From the human T2T-CHM13v2.0 reference genome, Homo sapiens: DNA of 64,000 bases. Of the stretch, positions 46,880 to 60,750 are shown piece after piece; within the stretch, counting starts at the first letter, position 1, and each line of letters begins with the position of its first letter. The stretch is taken from NCBI RefSeq assembly GCF_009914755.1, contig NC_060939.1; one strand, 5' to 3'. Below the pieces are notes generated by a model. That model saw nothing but the letters and a program-made list of their open reading frames with translations, ran no database searches and was not told the DNA's origin. The position numbers and the translations under genes are program-made.

Positions 46880-49814
46880 CTTTGGTTGTTTTGTTTTTTG
46901 AGTGCCAGGCGTTGTGATGGGAACCTAGAAGTCCTGAATAAATTCTTGGTGATAGTTTGAACAACTAAATAATTCAACTTTATCTGGCTAATGTTGGTCC
47001 ACTCAGAGTCCAGGAAGATTTGACCACAAATCCCATTATAAGCTCATCTTTTGCCCATCTCTGAAATGAAGGTTATTACAACCATATGAATGGGTGGGAC
47101 ACATTTTTCATACAAGTTTGTCAGGATCGTAGTGTAGACAATCTCACATGTTTTCTTTCTCTTAACTATCTCTTAATTTCTCCACTGCAAGATAATGATC
47201 CCTGAAGTCATAACATCTCCTGCCTCAGGGTAATGATCCCTGAATTCCTATCTCCATTTATTTTACTCATTTTTCTACTACATGTTTTTTATAAAGGATC
47301 TGTCATATTTTGTTCTCTTGTGTCTATTTCTGTATTTCTGTCTTGTATTCTCCTTCTATTTTAGCTTGATTAAAATTCAAAATGAAAAATATTATTGATA
47401 TCTGGTCAAGTAACTACACACTTCAAAACTCCTTGTTAGATTTTGAGACCTAATTATTCTTCTAAGCCATTCTTCTGCTTTACCTACGGATAACCCACAG
47501 GAACCTGATAAACTGATGAGAAAAGATTGAGCTGCCACTCAAGCACGCCCACTGCCATGCCCCGTCTTCCATCTCAAGGATGAAATAACACTATTTATGG
47601 TATTTTTCAATAACATTTTAGATTTAGCTCCAGAGAGCTGACCTTTATCTAAATAAGTTCTTTTGTCCCATGTTCATGTTTATGGTAGCATAAAAAACCT
47701 GCAGAAGCAACAAGAAGGCAGCAAATGATATCTTTGAAATATCACAGGGTATCTTGGCAGCAATAAAATGTACTAAGCCTTCCAAGAAGATGTAAAGTCA
47801 TCCCTCAAAGAAACGACAGAATTACAGAGTTAGTAGCTGCTGATTAGGCTTACAAAGGGGACTACTCAAAGGGAATCATGGAGTGCTTTACTGAGCAATC
47901 CCTTAAAGCAAAGAGGTCTGGAGAGTTGAAACAAGCTTTAGTCTGCATTCTCCTTATTTCCACCCCCACCCCTCATTTCCCTTTTAGGCTCTTTAGAACT
48001 TAATAACAAGCCATATTGTCTTTGATCCAAGAACTCAAGCCAGTCCAAAGAGAGGTTTTGTTTTACAATATATAATTTTGATGTCAAACTCCAAACTTTT
48101 CATTTTTCTTATTTTCTTGATAAAAGGAAGACCTGGCAATATCAGGCCCACATTTCCACAGGGCAACAACGGTTATTGCTGGGCAATGACTTTCTCATTT
48201 GGATGGGTTCATGTCTATTTTTACCATAGTATCTACTATCTCTTAAATTATTTCACTTAATAATTCATTTATGTAATATAGTTGAACTCTGAAGACATTT
48301 GCAACTTCTGCCTTAAACCTTCTGAGAGGTAAAAGGTAACTTGTTCAGGACTTATCCCTGGCAACCTGGCCTTCCCAAGCTCCATAGAAACTGAGTATAG
48401 TCCAGTGATCATAGCAACCAATCCTAGTCTGAATTCTAGTCCATCTCTCAAAATACTAAAAAACAAGACTGATGCTTCCTCAACCATGGATACTTACATG
48501 ATGAATTTTGCTGTTAGCATGCCATGTCACATAACTGCAACTGCAAAGCTTGAGACTAGCTTCTTAGTCATTCCAGGAGAGGGGTTGGTTCTCAACATTA
48601 ACCATGAAAGTTCAGTCGGTGAGATATGGACAAAGGCATAATTCTATCATGCTATGTTACTATTACATCCTGGTCCTTCACCAAATCAGCATGGGCTGAT
48701 ATTTTTCTTATCACGAAACTGAGAAGCTCAAGAGCTCAAGGGTTAGGGTCTTCTCCCCAGAGTTTGACGTTTCATGTTGCTAGATCTCTGTGCTCACACC
48801 TAGCACATAATAGGCAATAAGAACTTACACACCTGCTACTTCTTTCCTTAATTTTTCTCATAAACAGGCTTTATGACAGTGCCCCTTGGCTACTTCCTCT
48901 TGTTTCCATAACAGCTGGTACTGGGAATCTTACCAAGAACCCACCATGGGCTGTTTGGTGTAAATCAAAGGATTAGAAATCAACGTTCTGCCTTGGGGAT
49001 GGGATCAGTCTTGGGGGTGTCTACTTTGGGCTGCACAACTGACTATTGGCATCGCTGGTCACTGTTTATAAAAATTAGTTCCACAAGGTCCTGAGAAATG
49101 GCATCTTTTCAGAAAATGATAAAATCTGGAATGAATTCCTAGGTTGTTAATAAGGGCCTTAGAGAGTCACTTAGAAAGGAGTGCACTCCATAGAGGTGAA
49201 TATTGAACTATGTTCCCTGATAAACCATGCACAAACACTCTCTTTCTCTCTCCCTCCCCAACCCTTCCACATACAAGCACATGAACAATGGAGTATAAGG
49301 ACCCACTGGATATTTGCTGAAAGTCTGACTAGTTGGTACAAGGGAGCAACAATATTAGGGAACAGCACAAAACACCTGTAACACAAAAATAAAGAGGTCT
49401 CCAAAATATAATCCATGAGAGGGGAACTAGCTGACCACTTCTTTGAAATTCCAGGGTTATCCAGTGACTCAGATGTTGATACAGAAATAAGACTGTCTAA
49501 CTTGAAATGTCTCCACAAATTACTGTGTTGGATAGATAACTCGATTTCTTACTCAATTAGATGGTGAAACACCAGCAAACACAGCACGGTGATGCCCCAC
49601 AGTGATGAGCTTCTTCAGCTAATGTGTCATGATGACAGACTTGCCACCCAGTGCCAGAAGTGTTAAAGGGAGAATTGGTAGCCATTTTAGTGTTTGCTAA
49701 TGGAACTACTGTGCTCCCAGTTCCTCTCACTTGTTTGCCCACCTCCATCAAGACATATCATCAGTACATGCCAATAAAAGTGACTGCCAACAATAGGTCC
49801 TAAGAAGAGAAGCT

Positions 49815-50118
49815 GGCCGGGCACGGTGGCTCATGCCTGTAATACCAGTACTTTGGGAGGCCGAGGTGGGCAGATCACGAGGTCAGGAGTTCGAGACCAG
49901 CCTGACCAACATGGTGAAAGCCCGTCTCTACTAAAAATACAAAAATTAGCTGGGTGTGGTGGCGTGTGCCTGTAATCCCAGCTACTCAGGAGGCTGAGGC
50001 AGGAGAGTTTCTTGAACCTGGGAGGCAGAAGGTTGCAGTGAGATGAGATTGTGCCACTGCACTCCAGCCTGGGCAACACAGCAAGACTCCATCTCAAAAA
50101 AAAAAAAAAAAAAAAAAA
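49815..50118 (+). mobile_element. AluS (Sg-like)
   Basis: Full dimer; gatcacgaggtcaggagttcgag; pure A-tail; partial TSD aga(a/g)gct. Confidence 0.95.
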
Positions 50119-51972
50119 GAGGCTAAGTCAGTCATACAGTGTAGCTCTTCCTCCCTCCAAGAATATATGATTTCCTCAGCCAGTAGAAAAGTCCTGGAAG
50201 CAATGATGCAAGCTTTGGTTAACCTCTACTTGATCTTTCAGTCACAACCTTATTACTTTTTCTGGACTTGCAGATGTGACCCTCCTAGGCTATTCTTACA
50301 AATGACGGTGCCCTGTTTGCCTTGGGGAAATATAATCTGCACACTGTGACTAGTGAATTGGTCAATAATCACCATTTTTTAGAGTCTCCCACAACAATAA
50401 CAATAAGTTGCACTGCTCCTGGGTTGAAATGGTACGCGTTGCTAAAATAGGGAGGCATGCCACATGTTTAGAGGCCGTCTTTGTGAGGTGAACCAAGTTA
50501 TTAAGAAGGCAGTTATTTAAGACTGAGTGCCTGCAGGCTCTCTTCCTGGACTGAGTTGAATTCCTTCAGAGTTCAATGGAGGCCCTAGCTTCCTGATTAA
50601 CAAACGTACTTGAATCCAGTCCTCCAAGCTGCCTCTGATATTATGTCTAGGCAGGGTTAGTGCTGTCATGGTGACATCTTCCTGCTAAGTTGCCAAAGTA
50701 ATTGGCCAAGTCATATGGCTAGTGTCAAGGCTTGTGCATCTGCCCTGGATCACCCCAGAAGAGAGACTACTTATTTCTAATCATACCACCTGGAAGCCCC
50801 ACAACCCAAGAGTAAGGATCCATTTTCTGGAGCCCAATATCCAGTCAAGCAAAATTTCTGTGGCCTGTTGTAGAAAGCAGTGGGTCACTGAGGACCTGTA
50901 CACCTATCACTGCTGCTGTGAGCTTTCCCTACTGAGGGGAATCAGGCCTCCTGTGAGAGCTGCTTGGGTATGTATCTTCCTTTGCAGAGCAACACCTGAG
51001 GAGTTTGCATTTGAGCCTTCCAGCCCCCGCCCCCAGAAAACGTCTGTAACAGCCTCTATATTGTTATCTATAAATCATGCTGAATTCTTCAACTTTCTCC
51101 TATTTATATGTACAGTTCTCCATTATAGGCTACTAACAATATTGATATTTGTCTTAATATAGAAATGCTGACTGTCGGAGAAAACAAGGATGGTTTTAAC
51201 CGATATCATTGTGGCCAAATACTGAAAGCCCTTATATGCCTGGGGATGTTTACAGTTCTAATGGGAAGGTGTTGTTAAACACAAAATGTCAATAGCCACA
51301 GGAAAATCAAGAGAAGCATTGAATTTTCACTTTCTTTTGTCTTGAGAATAGCTTCATCTGGGCCTATGGGTTCCTGCTCTCTGGCCAGGTTGCTGAAGCC
51401 TAGCCTTGTGAAGGGCTGTAAATATCCTGAGGATCTCCCAGGAAGAAGCCCAGAAGAAGGAGAAAGGGGTTCAGTGTCCTTGTAATTTGAATATAAAAGG
51501 ATTTTAAAAAATTTTATTCCTCAAACTGATGAAGCAGGTAATATCCATAACTTATTTCAAATGCGTAATGAATTTGTATAGTTGATTTAGTTTACCTAGA
51601 AAATGTTAAATATTCATAATTAAACTATTTATAAGCCAGAAAATGTGGGCAGTAAATTCTGAGAAACATAAAATACAGAGTAATAGTAAAATTGTTATGT
51701 AATCTAACTATATATATTTTTGCATCTAAAAATAGTTTTAATAACTCTGTTTGCTAGTGTCATTTGCTTATTAGTTCTTAAACTGTGATTTCAACCTCTT
51801 TTTTTTTATAGTAGGTTAGGTGAAGCTTAGAACTGGGTCACTCAGTCCTTTGTTTGTTTTCTCCTGGTTCAAGATACATGTGTCCCTAACAGCGGACATA
51901 CTCATATGGGTAAAGTCACAGCACAAATTTACTTTAGGAAACTCTTTGAATACCCACCTTTTCCCTGACTAC

Positions 51973-52098
51973 AAGAAAGAAAAAAGGAAAGAAGGAAAGG
52001 AAGGGAAGGAATGGAGAAAGGGACGAAGGGAGGGAAGGAAGAAAGGAGGAAGGGAGGAAGGAAGGGAAAAGAAAGAAGAAAAAAACAAAAGAAAGGGG
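51973..52098. repeat. Polypurine (GGAA/GAAA-rich) low-complexity tract
   Basis: About 125 nt, almost entirely A/G. Confidence 0.9.
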
Positions 52099-53202
52099 AT
52101 TTAGCTGAAAGGGCATTTAGTCCCTTTCGCTTCTTGTCTTTACCTAACAGAATTGGGATTACTGCACCTATTACTCATTGCTAGCAAGTCAAGTAGCAAA
52201 GGCCAGAAGGAATGATGGTAAAATTGCTTTGGTGGTCTTAATCATGTCTGAAAAAACGATGTCAGAGGTTTTAAAGTAAGAATAAAAGCTTCATATCCTC
52301 AAAGTCACCATCATTTTACTATTGCCATCACTTTCTATTTCCAAGGCATTTGGGGATCTCTTTAAATAGTTCAGATATTAGTAACTGAGAAAACAAAGGG
52401 AGTAATCAAACTTGCCATTTTATTTTAGCCTTGCAAAAATCCCCAGATCCCTCTGATTTTGTTTCTCTTTTGCTGTGCAGACAGCCTCAGGGAATTAGAT
52501 CACAGCCAGCCTCATGAGGCTGAATCAATCATTCATACGTTATTTGAAATCTATTGAACAAATAAGAGAAGGAAAACAAAAAAGACACCAAGATGCCTGC
52601 TCAGTTCTTAGTATTTGGCTACATGCTTTATTTATCTGAGGTCATCCTTCGTGGACCCAGAGCCCCTTGGAGAGCTTTTGGTTGCTACGTAAGCACTTAA
52701 GTACCCTCCTATAATTGTCTGTAGGTTCATATTCTATTTTGTTCTCTGCCCTTTTGTGTTTCCTGGGCCATGTGATGAAACCACACAGGTTCAAAAACCA
52801 TGGACTGAGGGCCTGAAAGAATTTGTGAGAGGCTTGTAAAGAAATCAGGTTGTGAATGTGCCAAAAGGGTTAAAAAAGAGAAAAAACAAGACAGACCTTT
52901 CCCCAAAGTAACTGTGAATTGAAAGAAGGTGATAGAGAAATTGGTGATAGATGAAAAGAACACAGTGTTATTGTTTTATTTTAATGCTGCAGGTTAGAGA
53001 AATTGAATGGATGCTCATCAGCAAGCGAATGTACCCAGAGTACCTGATCTTCATGTTGCTTAAGCAAGCTGATGGGGTTCGGTAAGAAAAAATAAAGTCA
53101 TATGAGTTTTTAGAGACCCTGTAGCATCAGAAACACCCCAAGGGGAGCCCCAGGAGTTGAAAGACAATGGAGCAGCTAAGTACTGATTTATTACTTGAAT
53201 CA

Positions 53203-53410
<208 letters not shown>

Positions 53411-53854
53411 AATCAGTAAGAACTGAAGAGGAAGAAAGCTGAGAAAACTCTGAGGGATGTGGGGTTTCCATCTGGAGAGGCTCAGTGTCCACAAGGCCCT
53501 CTCTCCTTCCTGTCACCTACTGGACCTCTTGCACTGTATCTTAGCAGGCCCTGTGCTACTGGGAACAGATTCCTCTACCTTTGTGGGCTCTTGGTCTTTC
53601 ACTCTTACATTATCTGGACTTGTAAGTCCTGGCTTTTCCTTGATGGTGGTGCCTTCTCTATTCCTGTAACACTGATGCATGGAGATGAAGGAGTAATGGA
53701 CACCAGTGTTCTTGTTCTTCACTGCCTCTACCAGGCTATTCAAATGAAGAAATTTCATAATGGTTAGTAAGGTGAAGCCCGTGCCATCCATATGACACAT
53801 TCTTCTTCATCATCTTTACCTGCAATTCAAAGGCATGCTTGCAGGAAGCTGGGA

Positions 53855-53990
53855 TCACCTGAATTCATGTATCAGCTCTGCTACTTTTCTGTCTTTTGAC
53901 CTTAGGGAAATAACTGGAAATATCTCACCAGTTTATGTGTCTGTAAAATGGAGATAATGACACCTATCTTTAGAAAATGTTGAAAACAAT
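53855..53990. mobile_element. MIR fragment
   Basis: cagctctgctactt..tgaccttaggga..tctgtaaaatggagataatga. Confidence 0.7.
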
Positions 53991-54749
53991 AATCTAATAT
54001 GAAATAAACTTTACTGTAACTTCCTGGACAATACAATACTTTGTGGCTATTGATAAGATTGTCAAAATTATAAAATTTCTCAAGATTTTAGAATCAGTTT
54101 CAGTCTTCTTTCCCAGTCTATCTTTTAAATCATCCTCCAGGACTTCCATATCATGTGATGGTTCTAGAGAACCATTATAACTGCCTAGTCACAATACTGT
54201 ACTCAACCTTTGTATGCCCACATTTCTTTCATTCTCAGACATACATCTTTCAAATGTGTAAATTGCAGGTGGGTGCATTTTACAATGGATTTTTGAAAGT
54301 TTCCATCACTTATTCACCTTAAAATCTTGCTATTTAGACAATTATGCTTCTTATAATTGATGGCCTCTTAGAACTAAGGAAATGTGATAATTCTCTTTGG
54401 CTTAGGTGACATTTTTACCATCTTTTCCTCACTTCATGTTTACAGCACCTCATCAATAACATCCTCTCATTGCCAGCTGCTGCTCAGAAGATGGTTCTAG
54501 GCATCTCCTCTGTGCATTTCTCTCATTCAATCCCGGTTTCCCCCAATTCTATAGACATGCTATTCAGAATTTCTCTCAAGGCCCACTGTATCCAACTCAG
54601 TGCAAATGCAAGAGACTTCTTTGCCTTCAGCAGCCCTGGCCTACCCTGTCAGGGCTTCATTCCTCTATGCTTAACTCTGCTGCTCTAGGCCTGCCACACC
54701 CAGCCCAGGCATCTACAGTTAGATACCAATCCTTAGAGAGGAAGTCAGA

Positions 54750-55845
54750 AATCTTTTTCTGCCAGAAAGTAAATATTTCTGACATAAAAAGGGTCAGATA
54801 GTAAATATTTCAGTCTTTCTGGTCTATATAGTGACTTTAACAACCATTTAACTCTGTCATTGCAATGTGAAAGCAGCTATGAAGAATATGTTAACAAATA
54901 AGTGTGGCTGTGTTTTGATAAAATTTGATTTACAAAAACAAGTGGCAGGGTATCACTCATACATTACTGGTAGGAACATAAAATGATATAGTTACTCTGT
55001 AAAATAATTTAATAGTTCTTATGGAATTAAACATGCAATTACCCTATGACCTAGCAATTGCACTCTTGGGCATTTTTCCCAGAAAAAATAAAACTTATAT
55101 TCACACAAAAGCCTAAATACAAATGTTCATTATCACTTTAATCACAACAACCAAATCCTAGAAACAACCCAGATGTCCTTCAACAGAGGAATGGTTAAAC
55201 TGCATAAGATCTAGTCCATGGAATACTACTGAGCAAAAAAGGACATGAACTTTTAGATACAGGCAACAATTAGGATAAATCTCCAGGGAATAGCACCCAG
55301 TGAAAAAGGCAGTTCTAAAAGGTTATAAACTATATAACTGCATTTATAAAACATTCTTGAAGTTACAAAATGATAAATGTAGAGAAGTGATTAGTGGTTG
55401 CTGGGGGTTGGGACTGGGAGGGAAGGAGGTGAGTGCGGTTATGAAGCAGCAACACAAAAGTTTCTTATGGTGAGGGAACTGTTTTGTGTCTTGATCATAA
55501 TAGTAAATATATGAACCTACACATGTGACAAAATTGCACAGAACTCTCTATCTCTCTCACACACGCACACACACACAGAAACACATAAAGGAATACAAGG
55601 AAAACTGAGGATGTTTGAATAAAATTGAGAGACTCTATCATGTCAACATTCTAGTTATGATATTGTACTAGACTTCTGTAAGATGTTACTGTTGTGGAAA
55701 ACTCAGTGAAGCTTACACAAACCTCTTTTATTTTATAACTGAAAGTGAATATACAATTCTTGGAAAATAAAAAGATTACTAAAGGATAATGAACTGGTGC
55801 CAGGTCAAATAATACCTTTGAGCTGGAGTTTGCTAAGTCCTGCCA
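54750..55845. mobile_element. MER58A-like hAT element split by an L1 insertion (body 54750-54950, tail ~55815-55845)
   Basis: aagggtcagatagtaaatattt...gtggctgtgttttgataaaatttgatttacaaaaacaagtggcagg; tail ggagtttgctaagtcctg. Confidence 0.7.
54952..55778 (+). mobile_element. L1MD/MC-type 3' end
   Basis: taccctatgacctagcaattgcactcttgggcattt...aacctacacatgtgacaaaattgcacagaact...aaaataaaaag. Confidence 0.8.
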
Positions 55846-57390
55846 CAGAGCAGTAGTGTTCTTGTTTCCTTTCTAAGTGAAGCCTCTGGAGATGTGGTTC
55901 CCAATTTTCTATTTCTGGTCTTTGCTTCTCTCTCGACTCATATACTCATTTACAATTGCCTTCTATTTGTATGGCCTTCTTGTACCTATATGCTCAAACT
56001 ATTCACAATTAAGTTATCATCATTGCTGATCCTACCCCTCAAAAAACTACCCATTTCTTCCTGTTTTCCAGGTTCTTGCTCTGGGAAAAGCAGCAAGAGA
56101 CATCTCTGAATCAGACTTGGTCCAAAACCAGGAGTCTGTATTCTGTCCAAAACCAGAAATCTGTGACTTCTCCTGATCCCTCTGTAGCAGTCATGTGACA
56201 AGATCTGTAGGTTCTGTTCCCCAAAATGCCTCTTCTCCTGCTGTGACTCTGGGTCAGACTTTTCTTATTTACTGTTTAAACTATCGTCAGCATCTTCTCT
56301 ATGGATCGTTCTTGCTTGTTTCTCCCCATTAAGCCATCCTATGCTGACTCACACCCGGGAAGAAGGCATTGCTCTCTCAAGCCCACTCTCTGGCTCTCCC
56401 TTATTTAAGAAGGGATATCCTGGCTCCTCAGCCTGCCATCTGGGGTTCTCTACATTTTCACATCTTTTCCATAACTAGCCTTTACACTCTTCTACTTGCC
56501 TATTCATCCACTATGAATTAGTCACAATGGAAGGCTTTCTACTTCTTGCATGTTTGTCTCTTGATGTCTTTGCTTCTTCTGGTTACATGTCTAGGTTTCC
56601 ATATCTCCCTGGCAATATTCTTTGAGACAGTCATAAAAACATATCATTCTCTCAGTCAACAAAATAGCCCCTCATGGATATAAACAACAGGAACACTAGA
56701 AGGATTTAGTTTCTGAGAGGTAGTGGCAGTGATATTGATTTATAACACAATAATACCCTGACAAACTCAAACCTCACAAAAAAGATGCTTGTGTATGCTG
56801 GTGTGCAACACACAGATTATGTTTAACTAAACAAAGTTAATTTGTGTTTGCGATGGAATGCCCAGGCCCAAGGGGGAGACAAGTTAGATATGGTCCAAAA
56901 CCATTCAGATTAATTTTGTTTAGATCACATCAATATCCCTCTTGGTTGTGTCCCACTCCTGCACCACATCATTACAGGATACCCAAGTTACCGCCCTTCT
57001 GCTCTCCAAATAATACTGAATCAAGGATGATGTACCTATGGATTTTTACTGACAGTCTGGGGTGATGAAAATTCAAGGATGGACAAATCCAGATCTACAG
57101 ACTATGTCTGTAGGAATCTCTCTCCATTTTTTGACACTGCTTCCCTTTGTTTTGACTTTGTTTTAGATAGGTTTCCCTTTCTGATTATAAAACAAAATGA
57201 ACAAACAAAAAACAGTAACAAAAGAAGCTTCAGGCTCTTGTATTCTATCTTCACAATTCCATCAACTAAATATAGTCATCTCTGACCTTAACCCCCATAC
57301 CAGTCTGTTTGGGCAGCTTTTATGGAACTTATATTATTTCTTTAATTATAGCTGTGTAAACTAGTTATTATACAACCTTCATCTTATTTA

Positions 57391-57638
57391 TTTATTTATT
57401 TTTCAGACAGAGTCTTGCTCTGTCGCCCAGGCTGGAGTGCAGTGGTGTGATCTCGGCTCACTGCAACCTCTGCCTCCTGGATTCAAGCCTCCTCAGCTTC
57501 CCAAATAGCTGGGATTACAGATGTGTTCCACCACACTCGGCTGATTTTGTATTTTTAGTAGAGACAAGGTTTCACTATGTTGGTCAGGCTGGTCTTGAAC
57601 TCCTCAACTCAGGTGATCTGCTCACCTCAGCCTCCCAA
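57391..57638 (-). mobile_element. AluS, 5'-truncated by ~35 nt
   Basis: Alu text ends at cagcctcccaa; TSD catcttattta at 57380-57390 and 57639-57649. Confidence 0.92.
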
Positions 57639-58024
57639 CATCTTATTTAATTCTTACTCTTTATTTAAGTACTATTATTTCTCACATCTTAGCAGTAATA
57701 AAACTGAGTTTTAGAGACTCCCTATCAACTTGCTAGAGGTTCCTCAGCTAGTGAATAGGTCACAATTTAAACAGAGGTCATCTAGTTCCAAAGCCCACAT
57801 GCCTAAGAAGTGCTCTATTTCCTATCTAAAACTTGGTCTCTTTATTCTGAAAGTGAGGAGAATTATAACTATCCTTCTTTCCTCACAGAACTGTTGTACT
57901 TATACAAATAAAAAAGATATATGATCCTGCTTGAAATGTACGGTTAGATGTATGGGATTGTCATTTTTCCACAATTCATTTTAAACTCCATCTAATATTC
58001 ACCTACATGTGAAAAATGAAAACT

Positions 58025-58870
58025 AAATGTTTTACTAGTATCCGAAATATATAAAGAATTCTTACAACTAAATAATAAGACAGGCAGCCTGATACTTTTT
58101 AATGTGCCAAAAATTTGAAAAGACACTTTAAAAAGAATATGTATGAATGGCCAATACACACATGAAAACATGATCAACATTATTAAGAATCAAACAAATA
58201 TAAATTAGAACCACAACGAGATACTACTATTAACGCGTTAGTGCAGCTAAAATTCAAAAGAGACACTACTGTTGGGAATCTTAATGGTATGACCACTTTG
58301 GAAACTTTTGGCAATTTTGTAAAAGAAGTTTAGTATATCCTTGTCAGCCATTATACTCATATATATTTACCCAAGAGAAATTAAAACATAGGTCTCCACA
58401 CAGATTTATATGTTAATACTTGTAACAGCTTTATTTCTAATAGCTAGAGACCAGCAACAATTTCACTGAACATCAACAAATGAATGGAAAGGCAAATGGT
58501 GTTACAGTCATACAGTAGAATACTGTTCAGCAATAAAATGTGAATTAATTATTGACATAAGCTACACCTTGAGTAAATCACAAAATCACTATGTTCAGTG
58601 TGAAAAAAGCTAGATACAAAAGCCTACTTCCTGTATAATTGCATTTACATGAAATGTGAACTAATCCGATTAGATCAGTGTTTGCCAGGGATAGAGTGAG
58701 GAAGATAGAGTGAGGAAGATAGAGTGAGGAAAGGGTGTTTTGAAATGGTACCCAGTGGAGGTGATCTATCTTTAGTGTACTTGCTAATTTATACAATTGT
58801 TAAAAATCACTGAATTGTACACTTTAACTGAATGCAGTTCATTGTATGTAAATTATCTCTCAATAAAGCT
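58025..58870 (+). mobile_element. L1ME/MB-type 3' end
   Basis: tataaagaattcttacaactaaataataaga...ctgaattgtacactttaa...tgtaaattatctctcaataaagct; internal 3x gatagagtgaggaa at 58690-58731. Confidence 0.8.
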
Positions 58871-58954
58871 CATGAGGGAAAAATAAAATCAATGGATGAC
58901 AGTCCAGTGTGTGACTAATTTAGACAATATGTCTTAGAGGGACGAATAATCAAT

Positions 58955-59170
58955 GAGAGCTGGTGGCATCTCATACCAGCTCATGAGAGCTGATTGTATG
59001 CATCTTTTCCTAACTGCACAGGCAATGGACAGTCAATGACATCATATTGGTAGATTAAAACTAGCCATGATAGGAGTACATACACCATTGAAATAGACAA
59101 ATGTTACTTTTTCGTACCTACCCCTATTCCTCTAAGTACCTGTTGTTAAACATTTACTAGCAAACTACTG
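58955..59170. mobile_element. MER63-like hAT element
   Basis: ctcataccagctcatgagagctgattgt ... ttgttaaacatttactagcaaactactg ends. Confidence 0.65.
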
Positions 59171-59369
59171 ACTAGTGTAATCTATAACATATATACTTTA
59201 TGTCCAATGTTTATAGTTATGTTAGTTATGTGCTTACCTCAGCTTTTAAGAATTTTATAATAAAATGGGAAATTCATGAACTGAAAGATGAACAAAAAAT
59301 AACTTTCTAATTAGATTCTCATTCTAAATTTGAAAAAGAGTGATGGGACAAAAATTATGTTAGAACTGA

Positions 59370-59570
59370 AGTGGAAAGAGCACCAGGTTAGGAGTTAGCA
59401 GACTTAAGGCTCAACTAAATTCTGCCCACTTAACAGGCTCTGTGACCTTCATACATCTCCTTTCTTCCCTCAGCCACAGATTTCTCATTTCTAAAATGCA
59501 GATTATAATACTAGATGAGCTTAAATCACATGGTTGTGAGCATTAAATAAAATCATATGTTTAAAAGTGA
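59370..59570. mobile_element. MIR fragment
   Basis: gtggaaagagcac..ggagttagcagac..tgtgacctt..tttctcatttctaaaatg..ggttgtgagcattaaat. Confidence 0.75.
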
Positions 59571-60339
59571 TTGGTATTATTGCTTAATTTGATGTTTCTA
59601 GAAAGTTCAAATGTCTCTCCAAATATATTGTAAACATTTTGAGTGCAGAGAACATAATAGTTGAATTATTATTTATGGATTATAGAAAGCATTTTAAAAT
59701 ATAAATACTAAGGGTCTTATTTCTATTTTGAGGAAGACTAGGAATTTCAGCTAGTTCCATCTTTTTTGTACATGTATATTTAGATTGATTATGTCATTAT
59801 GTGTGTGATAAAATCTTTTCTCTTTACTGTAACACTTCAGCTCTGTAACTTAAAACTTCCCCATCTTAAAACAGTTTCAAATAGAACCTCTCGAGCATAG
59901 CTATAAAACTGCATCCTGCTTTCTATGCTGAAATCTAAGTAGCCTACAAAAAGAAATTGCTGAAGCTTCTTTGAAATAATAAAAGAATTATAAATAACAC
60001 ACACACAGCTTCAGTGGCAGTTAGGAATAGAAAAGTCAGGGTGTATTTGATGCTTCCTGAATAGAGGGGAAACTCTTGTGGCACAGAGCAAATCAAAAGT
60101 AAGGTGAATGAAGGAGGCATTGAAAAACCCCTTTGTGTCTTCCTACCCTTCAAATATGGAGGGTAAACTCTATTGAAAGGTCTTTTTGATGGTATAATAG
60201 GAGCCAATGCAAGATTGGCTATATGAAGGCAAATAGGGTTATGACTACTTGCACCTGAAACCACAGAGAGTGATTGTGGAATTTCATCAGGAAGTGATTC
60301 CAAGTGGTCTTTTAGGGACACCTGCTTGGTGGCACTAAT

Positions 60340-60750
60340 GTCAGTACAAATATTCAGGAATAAATGCAGGGTCCAGTACTTGGATTAAAAAAAAAAAACA
60401 ATTTGGAGGAGAACTGAATGGATAGCCAAAGACACAACTAAGAACACTCACAACAAACATCCGGGAGTTTCAGTCAACAGTAAGCTAAGTGTGAACCAGG
60501 CTACTCTGTTGTTGTAGCAAAAGCTCCTGTGCTGGTGGAGAAATGCATTCAGGGGAAGGGTTTTAAAACCCCTACATGTGCCACTGGTCATACCACGTGT
60601 GAAGGATTGTATTCATCTTAACATACAGCATACTCTAAGACAGACTGGACAAACAGTAGCATATGAAGAACTGGGTAAATTCAAACTGGAGATGGGGAGA
60701 TTGCTGGGGTGTGTAATGAGGGCTGAAGTTAAAATAGTTGTCTTCAAAAC
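60340..60750 (+). mobile_element. L3/CR1 LINE fragment
   Basis: taaatgcagggtccagtacttgg, gggagtttcagtcaacagtaagctaagtgtga, gaactgggtaaattcaaactggaga, atagttgtcttcaaa resemble the CR1 ORF2 3' end. Confidence 0.6.

Noticed and set aside
47000-49800. Possible cellular exons in unique-looking DNA
   Set aside because: No convincing acceptor-ORF-donor unit or recognisable protein. Non-coding exons cannot be excluded from sequence alone.
50722-51162. 146-aa ORF in unique sequence
   Set aside because: GTG start, no recognisable homology, and a low-complexity hydrophobic tail explained by AT-richness.
53457-53800. Cluster of 70-102 aa ORFs in non-repeat sequence
   Set aside because: No recognisable domain, non-ATG starts, and no splice or pseudogene hallmarks; lengths are within chance expectation.
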